DNA of 64,000 nt from the NCBI GenBank assembly GCA_002269645.1, contig NIVC01001944.1:155526-219525 (forward strand). The letters are read 5' to 3'. Within the stretch, counting starts at the first letter, position 1; each line of letters begins with the position of its first letter. This document shows positions 25,201 through 39,093 of the stretch, piece by piece. This DNA comes from Macrostomum lignano (taxonomy: Eukaryota). The notes beneath the pieces were generated by a model. The model was not told the DNA's origin. It made no database searches and saw only the letters and a list, made by a program, of their open reading frames with translations. A program made the translations under genes and the position numbers.

Positions 25201-28200
25201 ATCACCCCTCATCATGAGTGTGAGAATCACCCCTCATCAGCTGTGTGAGAATCGCCCCTCATCAGCTGTGTGAGAATCACCCCTCGTCAGCTGTGTGAGA
25301 ATCGCCCCTTATCAGCTGTGTGAGAATCACCCCTCGTCAGCTGTGTGAGAATCACCCCTAATCAGCTGTGTGAGAATCACCCCTCATCAGGTGTGTGAGA
25401 ATCACCCCTCATCAGCTGTGTGAGAATCACCCCTCGTCAGCTGTGTGAGAATCGCCCCTTATCAGCTGTGTGAGAATCACCCCTCGTCAGCTGTGTGAGA
25501 ATCACCCCTAATCAGCTGTGTGAGAATCACCCCTCATCAGGTGTGAGAATCACCCCTCATCAGCTGTGTGAGAATCACCCCTCATCAGCTGTGTGAGAAT
25601 CGCCCCTCATCAGCTGTGTGAGAATCGCCCCTCATCAGCTGTGTGAGAATCGCCCCTCATCAGCTGAGAATCGCCCCTCATCAGTTGTGTGAGAATCGCC
25701 CCTCATCAGTTGTGTGAGAATCGCCCCTCATCAGCTGAGAATCGCCCCTCATCAGCTGTGTGAGAATCGCCCCTCATCAGCTGAGAATCGCCCCTTATCA
25801 GTTGTGTGAGAATCGCCCCTCATCAGCTGTGTGAGAATCCCCCCTCATCAGCTGAGAATCGCCCCTCATCAGCTGAGAATCACCCCTCACCAGGTGTGTG
25901 AGAATCACTCACCCCTCATCAGCTGTGTGAGAATCGCACCTCATCAGCTGAGAATCGCCCCTTATCAGCTGTGTGAGAATCGCCCCTCATCAGCTGTGTG
26001 AGAATCACCCCCATCAGCTGTGTGAGAATCGCCCCTCATCAGCTGAGAATCGCCCCTCATCAGGTGTGTGAGAATCGCCCTTCATCAGGTGTGTGAAAAT
26101 CGCCCCTCATCAGCTGAGAATCGCCCCTTATCAGTTGTGTAAGAATCGCCCCTCATCAGCTGAGAATCGCCCCTTATCAGTTGTGTGAGAATCGCCCCTC
26201 ATCAGCTGAGAATCGCCCCTTATCAGCTGTGTGAGAATCGCCCCTCATCAGCTGAGAATCGCCCCTTATCAGCTGTGTGAGAATCGCCCCTCATCAGCTG
26301 AGAATCGCCCCTTATCAGCTGTGTGAGAATCGCCCCTCATCAGCTGAGAATCGCCCCTCATCAGCTGTGTGAGAATCGCACCTCATCAGCTGAGAATCGC
26401 CCCTCATCAGCTGAGAATCGCCCCTCATCAGCTGAGAATCGCCCCTCATCAGCTGAGAATCGCGGTGCATTTTACGGATCCGTTTAAAAAAGTCCAGAGC
26501 ACAATAATTTTTTAATGTTAGGGTTTTAATGTTTGTTTTTTATTTTTGCTGATTATATCAATATATGATTTGAAAATTGCTTACTTCATTTCAACTTCAT
26601 CAGGTCACGTGGTTACCAAGGCAACAGATTGGTTCAGCTTTGGCTGCCTGGCTTACTGGCTGCTGCACAACGTATTTCCCATTGTGCCGCCCAAATCACT
26701 GCGGACAGACTGGACAGTGGACCAGTACGCCAGGTATATGCAGTCAGAAGGCTATCAGCAGCTGATCAACAGCAATATGCAGGTAAGATTTTACCTTTCA
26801 GACTGTAAATTAAGTATGAGAACCAGGGTCTGGTAAAGCCTGAACATTGGGATATGGAATTGGGAATTTTGGACCCGGGGCTCTGAAAGCTAGTTTCTTG
26901 GACCTGGAATCTGTAATTTGGAATCTAGTATCTGGGACTCGATTCTGGATCTGGAATCCAGGATCTAGGAACTGGGATCTGAATCTGAAAACTCTGATCT
27001 AAAATCTGGAACTCAGATCTGGAATCCCGGATCAAAAATCTGGAACTCAGATCTGGAATCCCGGATCTAAAATCTGAAACTCAGATCTGGAATCCCGGAT
27101 CAAAAATCTGGAACTCAGATCTGGAATCCCGGATCTAAAATCTGAAACTCAGATCTGGAATCCCGGATCTAAAATCTGGAACTCAGATCTGGAATCCCGG
27201 ATCTAAAATCTGGAACTCAGATCTGGAATCCCGGATCTAAAATCTAGAACTCAGATCTGGAAACTCGGATCGGGGATCAGGGATCTGGAATCCCGAATCC
27301 CGGTGCCGGATCTGGAATCTGGAAACTGATCGGAGATCTGGAATGTGGGATTTGGAGTCTGATATCTGGAATGTGGGATTTGGAATTTAATATCTGGAAT
27401 GTGGGATTTGGAATTTAATATCTGGAATGTGGGATTTGGAATCTGAGATCTGGAAGGTGGAATTTGGAATCTGAGATCTGGAATGTGGGATTTGGAATCT
27501 AATATCCGGAATGTGGGATTTGGATCTGAGATCTGGAAGGTGGAATTTGGAATCTGAGATCTGGAATGTGGGATTTGGGATTTGGAATCTGATATCCGGA
27601 ATGTGGGATTTGGAATCTGAGATCTGGAATGTGGGATTTGGAATCTGAGATCTGGAACGTGAAATTTGGAATCTGAGATCTAGAATGGGAAATTTGGAAT
27701 CTGATATCTGGAATGTGGGATTTGGAATCTGAGATCTGGAATGTGGGATTTGGAATCTGATATCTGGAATGTGGGATTTGGAATCTGAGATCTGGAATGT
27801 GGGATTTGGAATCTGAGATCTGGAATGTGGGATTTGGAATCTGAGATCTGGAATGTGGGATTTGGAATCTGATATCTCAAATCTGGGTTCTGGGATCTGA
27901 TATCTCAAATCTGGGTTCTGGGATCTGATATCTCAAATCTGGGTTCTGGGATCTTCTGATATCTCAAATTTGGGTTCCGGGATCTGGAATGTAACATCTA
28001 GGAACTCTAAGCTGAGGATTTCAGCATGCCTCAGCCGCAGTCTCACACTGCAGTTTCCAGCTCTATGTAAACATCGTTGCCAATCCCCAATCAGGTCAGC
28101 CCGGCCTACCGCCAGCTGCTGCTGAGCCTACTGCACCCCAGGCCCGGCTTCCGGCCCCGCTGCCTGTCCCGCATGCTGCTGCACCACGGCGACGTGTTCG

Positions 28201-28325
28201 CCAGTCTGCTGCCACCGAGGAACTCGCCGCCAATCTGCACAGCCGAGGCCAGGGCTGGCGAGCTGCGCCGGGCGATCGAGTCCGGCTGCCTGCTGCCCCC
28301 GTTTGTGCCGATGCCGCTGCGCTGA
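22293..28325 (+). CDS. Divergent Ser/Thr protein kinase (AGC-like); exons start(uncertain)-23234, 23749-24015, 24819-24996, 26604-26782, 28095-28325
   Basis: [10 protein letters not shown] Gly-loop, FALKV, HMDIK|ADNVLL, DFG, DWFSFG; splice phases consistent. Confidence 0.85.
24130..24750. repeat. 21-bp intronic minisatellite (CCCCCTCTGTCACCCGAATTG)n
   Basis: Read directly. Confidence 0.92.
25100..26460. repeat. 25/21-bp intronic minisatellite (CCCCTCATCAGCTG[TGTG]AGAATCG)n
   Basis: Read directly. Confidence 0.95.
26990..27980. repeat. Compound intronic minisatellite: 34-bp unit, then 28-bp (TCTGGAATGTGGGATTTGGAATCTGAGA)n
   Basis: Read directly. Confidence 0.9.
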
Positions 28326-28797
28326 GAGAGAGGCATCTGAGAGGTTTCGCTTCGGAGCCGATGACCTTTATGATATTCTGAGGGCGTTTAACACTTCTAT
28401 AAGGGATGTGTTATCTTATCTTCATATGGGGAGGATTATGCTCAAAGTTGCCCTCAACAATCAAAGTCGCTGGAAGACCCAAGAAGGTGAATAGGATGTC
28501 CGCTTGTCTTGCTCCATTTCCGACGCTGCTGATATCCACTTGTAGACAGCTAGCTAATATTTGAAGGCCTAGTTACAGTACTCTTTAAAACAATTTTCAC
28601 ACTCACTTTTTAGGCTTCCAAATCATTCATTTGAATCCAAGCAGCTGTTTTTCTCGGAGGTTGTTCGATTAGAGTATCTTTTTACGAACACACTTTTTTG
28701 TAGTAAACAAAAGAAAGCTAGCCAATTCTCAGTTCAGAATATAAGAAGAAATTTCCCACATTGTTGGGCGCTAAAAAGCAGAAAATAATTATAACTA

Positions 28798-29117
28798 CAC
28801 CATTTTACCCTCGATTTTGAACAAGGAGAATAAAGGAGAGCTATTTTTTCTGGGTGTAAAATACTTGTAGATCCCAAAAGCAAGGTCAGAATCTGCTGAT
28901 TTTGCACAGATAACTTTTATCCCGTTCAGGCTTTAATTGGATTACAATTGTTACCGAATTCTCTCAGGAGAAGTTGACTAAACGTGTATTGTCAAAATTG
29001 AAGCTTGATCTGTCAATATTGATGGTAGATTTTGAGTGCCCGACCATAGTGTCATTATTGAAGAGAAGTTTGTCAGTTTCGAAGTTCTCCTTGTTCAAAA
29101 TCGAGGGTAAAATGGAG
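28798..29117. mobile_element. Tc1/mariner-like MITE, about 320 bp
   Basis: About 33-bp TIRs C(A/T)CCATTTTACCCTCGATTTTGAACAAGGAGAA; TA on both flanks (28796-97, 29118-19). Confidence 0.75.
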
Positions 29118-31439
29118 TAGGAGCAGCGCGCGTTTCTTCATTTTCTTGCAATTATAACTGTTCAGTGCTTCAATTTTTTATTGCATGAAGCACGCAGCGT
29201 TTTTCTCCGTGCAGTTTCAGTTTGTTTTTTATGTTTTCATTTCTTGTCCGTTTAAAGCTTGGCTCCGAGTTGCAACGCGTTTATTTTTTTTTATAATTGT
29301 AGTCTTTGTTTATCGTTTTCGTTTATGAACTAACAAAAGTTATAGTCTTTGAAGGCCCCGGAAATGCGCCAAGACTTTAATTAATAAGTGCAGCCACATG
29401 CAATTTTATTGCTGCTTTGACGTGGATCTCCACATCTCATACTACGAGTATCTACTTAGGACAACATAAGTTGACAAAATTCTCATATTTAGTAGCTAAT
29501 TGTTTATCTTATTAGTTTAATTTGCATTCAGACATTTCTGTCAAGCTTCTTCCGGTTAAAAGGGCATACAGTACAATTTAGTGCTGCAAAAGATAAAAAA
29601 CTCGTTCTAAAATTTTCTTTCAACCTTTGTTATTCTGTGCGTTATTAATAATTGTCTTCCCACTTATCCAAGTTTGTGACGTGCCCTTTTACATGTAGGC
29701 AGCATTTACTCGTCCTTCCATTTTGTTGACTTGTCCAATTTCTTGTGCTGCAACGAAATAAATACATTAGACGAGAGGCGGTGGTTCTTTTATGTTTAAT
29801 TGTTTTCAATTGATTGCTGTACACGTAAACCGAAATGTACATGTGCATGTACTTTGCATGCACTTTTACAAAGAGCTAATTTGTTTAAATTTCATTACAA
29901 TAAAAATATTTATGTATACCAGTAAAAGTTCTTAGGGAAAGCAAAGATTAAAGCTGAGTTGGCGGAAAAAGTGCGTGTGCGAAATCTACTTAAGATCATG
30001 TCTGAAAATAATGGACTTGATGCAGCAGCTTTCTATGTGAATGCCTGTAATTATTGCCCGTAATTTTCAGTCCGATGCTAAAGAAGTACTCCCGTTGTCT
30101 TCTCAGATAGGGCATAATACATTACTATAATATATCTCGAGCTATATAGCTGAAGAGACAGCTATAATCAGGACCTACTGAAAATACCCTTACTAAACGT
30201 CCTGAACATAATTGTACATGTGCTGTCAGCTGTCTTAAAAATTTTGACGAGCTCTATTTGTCAAAGTGTATAAACCACTACATCATACGCGATCAAGTTA
30301 AGACAAATTTTCTTCTGTATCCTAATGGTATATAGGATTTGTATTGTGAGTTCCTGCATATTTTACCAGGCCTAAGGTGCATCTTCACAGTACGAGTAGA
30401 TATGTCGATCTCTACCGGTTTAGAATATCTTATCATCTGCAAATATATAGCTAAGACAAATACTTGGATAATTTTTTTTATATTAGCATGGCTGTCATAA
30501 AATTTAAACAGATTTTTTTGATACTATTTGTTTAACTGCCTAAGTTATAAATTACCTGACTGGGCGCACATATAAATATATAGTTTCCTTAGAAATGTGA
30601 CTAATGTGATCTAATCTAGACTGACGACGGCACTGCATAGGCCCCATAGCTGGATAGACTAGACTAGGCTGACCATCGAACGGAATGGAAAGATAGAGCT
30701 TGTGCTTCTCTTTTTTGGGCTTAGCGGCCTCGATCACGTCTCACGAAACATAACTAACACTTTGAATCATTTTAGGTTCCTTTCAATACAATTCAAGAAG
30801 TACAAGTTAGGAAGTATAGTATAAATCCTACTAAAAAAGAAAACTTACCTAACTTAACATAGAAACAGAAGGCACAGACTTCGTAGAGTAAGCAAATATT
30901 TTGATAAAATCGTAAATGCCAAGCCCCAAAATATTTTTCTAAACCTAGATCCCTACTTCTATGCTTTTTATTAACAATTTTTTAAAGTTGAACTATAATA
31001 ATAAAGTATAATTTTAAATTTTATATCTTGGAAGGCAGGATTATTTTAAGTTTTGCCTGATTTTTTATTTACATTATAACAATTTGGTTTTCTATCTTTA
31101 TAATACAATCAATAGTTAGTTATTTTGAATAATAATACTGATTATTATATATAGAATTAACTCTAATTACAATCAATAAAGTTATAACTTGTATGATGCT
31201 TTATTTCATCCTAATTGCTTTGTTTATAGTATTAAGCTTTAAAATTACCCTTTTGAGAATATGTACTTATATTGAATATTAACTTTTATTCTAAGAGTTA
31301 TAATATAAGATAATGATCTATTATCATGAATATCTCTTATATAAAAAATTCCTATAGTTTAAAGCTAAAGTTATAAAATCAAATCATAATGAAACAGATA
31401 AGATTTTATATGAAATTGATTCTATCCAAAGTTAGTAGA

Positions 31440-31960
31440 CTGAAATCCCATGTTCCTCTTGTTTTGGTGGTAGGTGTTGTGTATAAGTTCTCTTGTTCTA
31501 TTGACTAGAACATTACCTATATAGGTAAAACTAAAAGGCACTTGTATACCATAGAGAACATTGGTTGAAAAGGTCAGCTATCCAAGACCACCTGCTCTGT
31601 TGCAACAGTTGTTGCAAAATAGAGCAAACTCAGCAGTTCAAAATTATTGATTGGTGTAAGACTGACTTTAGGCTTAATATACTTGAATCCATGTACATTA
31701 AAAAACCAAAAACCAAATCTGAATATTTAGCTCTCCCATAGTGGTGCAGGCCATTTGCTCAAGGTGTTCTAAGTGAAGGCACAAACCTAAACAATGTTTT
31801 CGTTATCTCTGCTCAACTTTGAAAAAATTCTGCCCATATGATATGCCCCTTGGACTGGACTGTACAGTAACATTTGTTCGCTTATCTCTTATAAAAGTTG
31901 TTGTGTGACTAAAAATACACCAGATCTGAAGATGGCCCTAGTTGGACCAAAACGCGTTGA
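31440..31960 (+). mobile_element. Penelope-like retroelement 3' fragment (decayed GIY-YIG endonuclease) with a degenerate minimal hammerhead motif
   Basis: Manual translation VVYKFSC..*..YIGKTKRHL...EH ... SAIQDHL..C..C ... ILESMYIK..KPNLN with stops and frameshifts; CTGAAGA...AAACGCGT at 31926-31957. Confidence 0.7.
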
Positions 31961-32229
31961 AAGAGTATAATCTATGTTGATTTTCACTTTTATATTTCTT
32001 TGCCTTCTAAAGCGTGCTACCTTACCTAATTAGGTTAGGCATAGATATAGCCTAGGTTTTTCTAAATATTATTGCCAAAAGGAAGTCTTGTAAATAAAAA
32101 TGATATAGTAGAGTTGGTAGGATATCACTATATATTTTGCATTTTTGATCATTGGTGTCTTTGATAGATCTAATAAATCGTGGCTATCATTAGTAGATCA
32201 GATAGATTGAGAATTAATAATTAAATACA

Positions 32230-32655
32230 TATGGTAGATCATAGGATAGGTATAATTGGTAGATTGATCTAATAGATCAAAGATATCATTAGTAGATAGG
32301 TCTGGTAGATCAAGGTTATCATTGGTAGATGGATCTGGTAGATCAAGGTTATCATTGGTAGATGGATCTGGTAGATCAAGGGTGTCATTGGTAGATCTGG
32401 TGGATCAAAGGTATCATTGGTATACCTTGTAGATCATAAGTGTCATTGGTAGATCTGATAGATCAAGTGTCATTGGTAGATGGATCTGGTAGATCAAGGG
32501 TATCATTGATAGATCTGGTTGATCAAGAGTGCCATTGTTAGAATTTCTTGATCACAGATGTCATGTTGGTAGATTATAGTAGATGATAGATGTCATGTTG
32601 CTTGATAATAGTAGATGATAGATGTCATGTTGCTTGATAATAGTAGATGATAGAT
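32230..32655. repeat. Degenerate tandem array (GGTAGATC...TATCATT)n
   Basis: Read directly. Confidence 0.75.
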
Positions 32656-32657
32656 AG

Positions 32658-33448
32658 TGGCTCATTCCATATAAGCATGGTCGTAACATGACAGGCTATT
32701 TTTACTTATAAAATGAAATATAATAATAGAATATACTAAACCAATATTTTAAATGAAAGATAATTTTGTCAAAAATATTTTTATAGAGTTTCATGTAGAT
32801 ATCATCATTAGTATAGATGCTATTAAGCCTTGAATGGCACTTATGGTCGTAACAACAGGATTTTTGACATATAGAAACTAAAAGGTAAAAGTCTTATAAC
32901 ATTTTTATTTTTGATATTTTGCAATACATTTTTTAAAATTTGACTCAGAACATCTTTAGTAATCATACTCTTTTTGTAGAATATATAAACTCAAAAAGGC
33001 AACAAAGATACAAAAGAAAAGGCAGCCTTATGGTCGTAACATTATGGTCGTAACATATTTTTTTCTGTCAATTCAGTAACTTTGAGGTACCGATATATTA
33101 AAAATATAATCTAGATTATTTGGTCACCAATACTTTTATCTGATGATGGAAGTACTATACTTTTATCTATAGTTTGTTTCAACCTTCCAAAGCTTTCTAT
33201 TTGTTTTTAAAAGGTACACAAACTTAATGATGTCTTTTGCTTAGAAAAATGTCTAAATTTTTACAAAAATGACTTTTTGCCACTTGATAGCATACTAATC
33301 TAACATTTTATCATTCATTTATTCTTAGATTGTAGATATTACACATAAAAAACATTTGGTAAAAAAATTGGCTGATAAGGCAATGGCAAGCAAAAATATT
33401 GACTTTTTTCTATTTTCCAAAAATGTCCATCTTATATGGAATGAGCCA
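32658..33448. mobile_element. Non-autonomous TIR DNA transposon, about 790 bp
   Basis: TGGCTCATTCCATATAAG(C)ATGG at 32658 and its reverse complement ending 33448; AT-rich non-coding interior; TSD unclear. Confidence 0.7.
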
Positions 33449-33939
33449 TGTCATGTTGGTAGATTATGGTAGATCACAGATGAGATCATTCAGAGTAGAT
33501 GAATTTGATAAAGTGATATACAAACTTCTCAACGCTACTAAAATGCTAGAGTCATTTTAGGAGATTTTTTAGCAATTCATTTTTGTCAAATCCAGTTGAT
33601 CTAATTTCCAAGTGAATGAAAGATGCCGAGATTATCGGGTTGAAGCAAAAAATTCTGCATCGGGTCAAGGCTGGCAAAGCTTGCATAGTTGGAAATGAAC
33701 TGGCACTGGATTTATCAGCAGTTATTGAGAAAACTTTCTGATTTATCTAGATGCCAATTCCATGATTAATGAAATTTCTAAATGCGATCCTGTGCTAAAG
33801 TGCTTTATACGAGCATCATTAACTTTGGCTTGGATGAGTAGTTCATAAGAGCAGCTACAAGCGTATATTTATAATACTAAAGGGAGATATTACAAGTAAA
33901 GTCTAATTATAGCTCCTAAGATTGTCTGGTGGAATTCCA

Positions 33940-34100
33940 CAATCAATCCATCCCCTGGCAAAATTCCCTCAATCAATCCAGACCCCCCCCAGCAGAATTT
34001 CCCCTATCAATTCATCCCCCGGCAAAATTCCCCTAATCAATCCAGCCCCCGGAAGAATTCCCCCAATCAATCCAGCCCCCCGGCAGAATTCCCCTAGGTA
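33940..34100. repeat. About 30-bp minisatellite (CCCTAATCAATCCAGCCCCCGGCAAAATTC)n
   Basis: Read directly. Confidence 0.8.
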
Positions 34101-34186
34101 ATTCAGTGGCAAAACACGAATATGGCTCAAAAACCAGATAAATTCGCGCTACTGTTAGTAGGTAAATCGCGCCAATTTCTGCAAAT

Positions 34187-35536
34187 ATGGAGAGGCTGCA
34201 GGAGCTGCTTTCCAGCTGCGAGCCGGACATGTTCAAATGCGTGTCGCTCAACCTGGGCAACGTCCTGCCCGACCCGACGCCGTCAGCGCAGTCGCTTCGG
34301 GAAGCCATCGCCGACCATGTCGATCGGTGGCGCCGGAACGGCGTCCGCGGCGTCGTCTGCAGCCTCGGAGTCGACGCCGGGTCCGCCGCGCTGATCGCCG
34401 CCTTGGCCGCAGTCGGGTTTCGGTTTCACCACGCGGCCGGCTCGGCCTGCTGCATGCTGCTGTGGTTGGCGCCCGGCGAGTGCAATTTCCCGCCCTACGC
34501 CACCCACACTGTGGGCGCCGCCGGCCTGGTGGTGCGGCCGGACACCGGCCAGATGCTGGTGGTCACCGAGGCCTACGATCGGGCCAGCCAGCACTGGAAG
34601 TTGCCGGGCGGCTACGCGCACATCGGCGAGAACATCAGCGAGGCGGCGATTAGGGAAGTTCGAGAGGAGACCGGCCTAGAGACGGAGGCGGTGGACGGTC
34701 TGCTGGCTTTCCGGCATCTGCACCGGCACCGCTGGGGCATCGCCGACCTCTACTTTGCCTGCCTGCTGCACCCGCTGCCTGGCGCCGCGGTTCGACTCGA
34801 GCCCGGCGGCGAAATCGGCGACTATCGGTGCGTGGGCTTGCCATTCCAGAGCCAATCAGATTCCAGCTCACCTACCCCTGAACTGCCAGAGCCAATCAGA
34901 TTTCAGCTAACCTACCCCTTAATTGCCAGAGCCAATAAGATTTCAGCTCACCTACCCCTGAATTGCCAGAGTCAATCAGATTCCAGCTCACCTACCCCTG
35001 AACTGCCAGAGCCAATCAGATTTCAGCTCACCTACCTCTGAACTGCCAGAGCCAATCAGATTCCAGCGCGCCTATTACCTCGATTCTCTAGAGCCAATAT
35101 CAGATTCCATCACGCCAACTTAGATTCCGCAAGCCCTACAAACGTAAGAGCCACTCAGATGCGAATTTTCCACATGTTTTCCTTAACACAGCCAATCAGA
35201 ACTTAGAAGCGCAACAAATTGTTCATATAAGAGTACCATAATTAATTATTAAGCTCTCACTTAAATTCCCTAATCCATCTGGCACCGTTCAACAGGTGGG
35301 TTGACCCGGCCGAGTACGCCGCCAAGCCGACCACCTCGCAGACCAACCGGCTCATTGTGGACGCCTACCTCCGCCGGCTCAAAGGCTCTGGCAGCGCGAT
35401 CGGTCACCTGGATTACCTGGGCAGGGGGCACACCAAGTCCAGCCGGTTCTACTTTGTTGATGAGAATGGGGCGACAACCGAAGCGGACTCCCAGCGGCAG
35501 AGCGGCCAGCCAGCGAATGGAGCCGGGTCGGGCTGA
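34187..35536 (+). CDS. NUDT6: Nudix hydrolase, NUDT6-like; exons 34187-34827 and 35296-35536
   Basis: Nudix box WKLPGGYAHIGENISEAAIREVREETGL; N-terminal WRRNGVRGV...GFRFHHA...LWL and PPYATHTVGAAGLVV are typical of NUDT6; CG|G junction in frame. Confidence 0.82.
34845..35100. repeat. Intronic tandem repeat containing GCCAATCAGA
   Basis: Read directly. Confidence 0.8.
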
Positions 35537-35644
35537 GCCGCCCTGCTCGCTGGTTGCTTGCGTGGCATCAAGCCAAGCCCACCAGAGTTTTTGCTTTTCA
35601 ATGCGATTCACCCATTCCCTTGTCTAATCCCCTTTTAGACGCAT

Positions 35645-35975
35645 TCCCTAATTCCTAATCTCCAATCCCCAGTCCCCAATCCCCAATCCCTAATCCCCAA
35701 TCCCTAATCCCTAGTCCCCAATCCCTAGTCCCCAATCCCCAATCCCTAATCCCTAGTCTCCAATACCCGATCCCCAATCCCCAGTCCCCGATCCCCAATC
35801 CCCAATCCCTAATCCCCGATCCCCAATCCCCGATCCCCGATCCCCAATCCCCTGCAGTCCCCAATCCCCGATCCTCATTCCTAATTCCCCAAATCTTAAT
35901 CCTCAATCCCCATCCTCTAAGTTCTAATTCTCCTCCCATCCCCATTCTCAAATTTTTCCTTTTCCCCATCCCCAA
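35645..35975. repeat. (CCCCAAT)n-like 7-bp array
   Basis: Read directly. Confidence 0.85.
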
Positions 35976-37219
35976 ATCCTATGTTCCCTCATTGATTAAA
36001 GCTCCTTATCGTTTCGAAACCGATTTTCCTGCCATACATGCTCAGTACCAAACCCATAGCGCAATAAGGCGAGTTTTATCTTGCTTGAGCAGCTCAAGCA
36101 CCTGCACAGGTACCCTAGTCCTGGGTTGTAGGCCTCCACCTCTTGTACATGGCACGCTGTACCCAAATGTGCATGATAAATATAATCTTTCCCATGAAAA
36201 TATCAGCAATCTTAGCAGAGATTACACTGTAGCATAGTTGCATGTCAATATTTTCATTTTTCTGATTGAAACAGACCCCTTGTTTTATTGCTGCCATTGC
36301 CACTGTTTCTGTGTCAAAGAGATTATGTCGGAATTTGATTCTAATATGAGACTAATCAATCCCTGTAGGCAGTAGCTAGATTTACGAAAATCTTTTTTTC
36401 TCATATTTTCCTTTCTATCCTGCTATATTTTAGCTATTCTGTTTTTAACCTGCATTAGTGACCGAATGTCATCGGTCACCAGCAACCACCTGTCAGGGAG
36501 CGGTCTGGTTCACTTGTCTAGACTAAGCAGTGTTTATTGCCTTCGTTACTTAGCTCCTTTTTTGTGTTTTGATTTGTTTTCCAAGCCCTGCATAAATTGT
36601 TTTTTAGCTAGAAGCTTCGATCAGTTGTTTTGTAAAGATAAATATAACTGCTACTGCAAGCACATGGAGAAGACTCTGATGCAGCTCCGATTAAAAAAAG
36701 TATTAGTAAGATCGCTTAGTATTGAAGTGCCAATTAAGGGCGAATATTTCAGGCCGGTGCTTGCATGACTTCTTAAGTTGCCCTCTTTTTTGATCAAAGA
36801 GTATCAAAGGCGACCTCAATACTCTTTGGTTTTGAACTTTTGATTAACTTATAGGCAGAGATGCGTCATAGACAGATTTGTATAATTTCTGCGCTCTGGG
36901 ACGCCACAGTCTCTTATTGATCAGCTTTGTTTGAAAGTACATGTAAAAGCAAGCTAAACGCTCAATTATTTACGCTGTAATTAAGCATTGAATTTGCCTT
37001 TCCGGCTTGAATCTATCGTGATCCATAAATCATGCCAACTGCTTGAGGCGATCACTGTGAGCTGTTCAGATAAGTTAATTGATATATGCATTATTCATTA
37101 CAGTTCTTTATACATGTACCTCATGATTGACCCAAGGACTTCAAACCATGATTTATGTATTTGCGTTTAAATTATGTTGAAAGTATATGCTCATGTGAGA
37201 CATTATTACATGTAACAAG

Positions 37220-37604
37220 CATAGATAAAGTATACATAGATTCCACCCCTGCCCAGAATGTACACACGCTCGTGTCCAAACTTTGACCACCATAAAACTC
37301 ACCGTGCTCTCATTGGCTGGCGCGAAAGCCTTCCTTTCAACCCCTTCGATTTCATTCCCTCACCCCTTCCACACAAGAAAGCTTTATAACTTTAATGCGC
37401 GGAACGAAAGGATGTCTTACCAGTTTCAACAGTTTAGCAAGAATGAAGTCGACACGCAAGTGTTCCGGAGTTGGGGGAATGTACACACGTGGACTCAATG
37501 TGCATAGCGTGGCCCAGCCAATAGGAGCGCAGTGAATAAAGTGATGGTCACAATTTAGACACTCCGCGGGGGCAGGGGTGGAATCTATGTATACTTTATC
37601 TATG
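37220..37604. mobile_element. MITE with 35-bp perfect TIRs and 8-bp TSD (hAT or P superfamily)
   Basis: TIR CATAGATAAAGTATACATAGATTCCACCCCTGCCC; TSD GTAACAAG at 37212-37219 and 37605-37612. Confidence 0.9.
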
Positions 37605-39093
37605 GTAACAAGCCTCTCAAACCACATGTGTAGTGTACAGTATATGACTTACCTGCATGTACACATGTACGTACATGTAGTTCACAATTTTCTTTCGAAT
37701 TTTGTTATTGTATGTTCCATGTGTATAGATGAACACGCACAATGTATTCGTATCGTACAACATATTTACATGCAAATTTTAAAGGACACTCAATGATAGC
37801 TTAGGTTTGCATGTACGTATACACATGTTCTTGGTTATACAAAAAAACAGCGATTTAAAAAATTACAGGTATACATAGCCATACGTGCAAAGGCTAAGTA
37901 TCAAAATAATTCACTGAGTCTCGGCAGTGATACCCAAAAATTGGATACTCTGCTCAGTTGAACTTTACAGCAGTAATTGTGTGGGACAATGACTGAGATA
38001 TATTAGGATAAGATTAATACATATACATGTAGATACGACTATAAATTAAGTAGGATTGATGCATTGAAGTACTTAAGAACAGGCTGGCGCTGATGAGCTG
38101 AGGCTACTAATTCGAGATCTGATAGGACGTTGCGATCAAAAAAGTCTCACTGAATTCCGTCGCATTACGCTCGGGCATTTTCATCGTACAGATTAAAAGT
38201 CGTTAACGTCATGTTAAGTTATAACAATAACAGGACAGAAAAAACGATACACAAATTTAATATGCTTTATGCTGAATATTTAATAATTTTATAAAATGAC
38301 CTAATATTATGGGTTTATAACTTAAGTGTTTATAAAGTAAAATTTAATTTGGGTATTAACGCATGTGCACGTCGATCGACCACAATGACAAAAGCATCAC
38401 AATAAACATTTATAGAATTATAATGCCATTTACTATTAGCTTAGTATTCTGTCTTTTTATGCATCATATATAAAAACGTAGGCTTAAGTTCAATTGATCC
38501 CTAATTTATCAAAGATCAACTATAACCAAGCTAAAGCCAAGCAAGGCATCTGGTGGCCTGTGGCCGTGGTGGACTAGTGGGTCGCCATGGATGGGCTGGG
38601 TGGTGGCTAGGCATTGATGTATGTTGATTGTTAATGTTTGTGAAATAAGATAGGCCTAATAACAAGAATTGTATTTATAGAAGTCTAAAGTATAGGCCAT
38701 TAGCGTTTATAATTTTTCTAGCTGTATGTTTAATTAAGATTAAGTAGGTAGGCCTAGGCCTAGGGTCTTGAAACTAAACTATTTTTTATATTTGATCAAA
38801 GTTTTACATTTAGTTATATTTAAATTATATTAGTTTCAATAATGTTTATATTATAGAATATTGTATAGGACTAGGCCTAATTTAATTTATGTTTTTGCTT
38901 GAATTTTAATCCTGATTTAATTTTTCGGCTATCCTGCATTTTCGTTTGTTAAATTATTTTTTCATGTGGAATTAATTTTACATGATCTCACGAGTTCAGC
39001 ACAGGCAATAAAAATATTATGGGAGATACAGAACACCCGAAAAGTTTAAGAAAGTTTGTTATAGTCAAGTCAGTTTAAACTTTAGTCTCCGGA

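Noticed and set aside
25100-26460. Regular repeat arrays resembling CRISPR (also 44750-47830)
   Set aside because: Head-to-tail units with no unique spacers, no cas genes, and an intronic eukaryotic context
38086-38125. CTGATGA hammerhead-like core
   Set aside because: No stem II followed by GAAA, and no stems I or III
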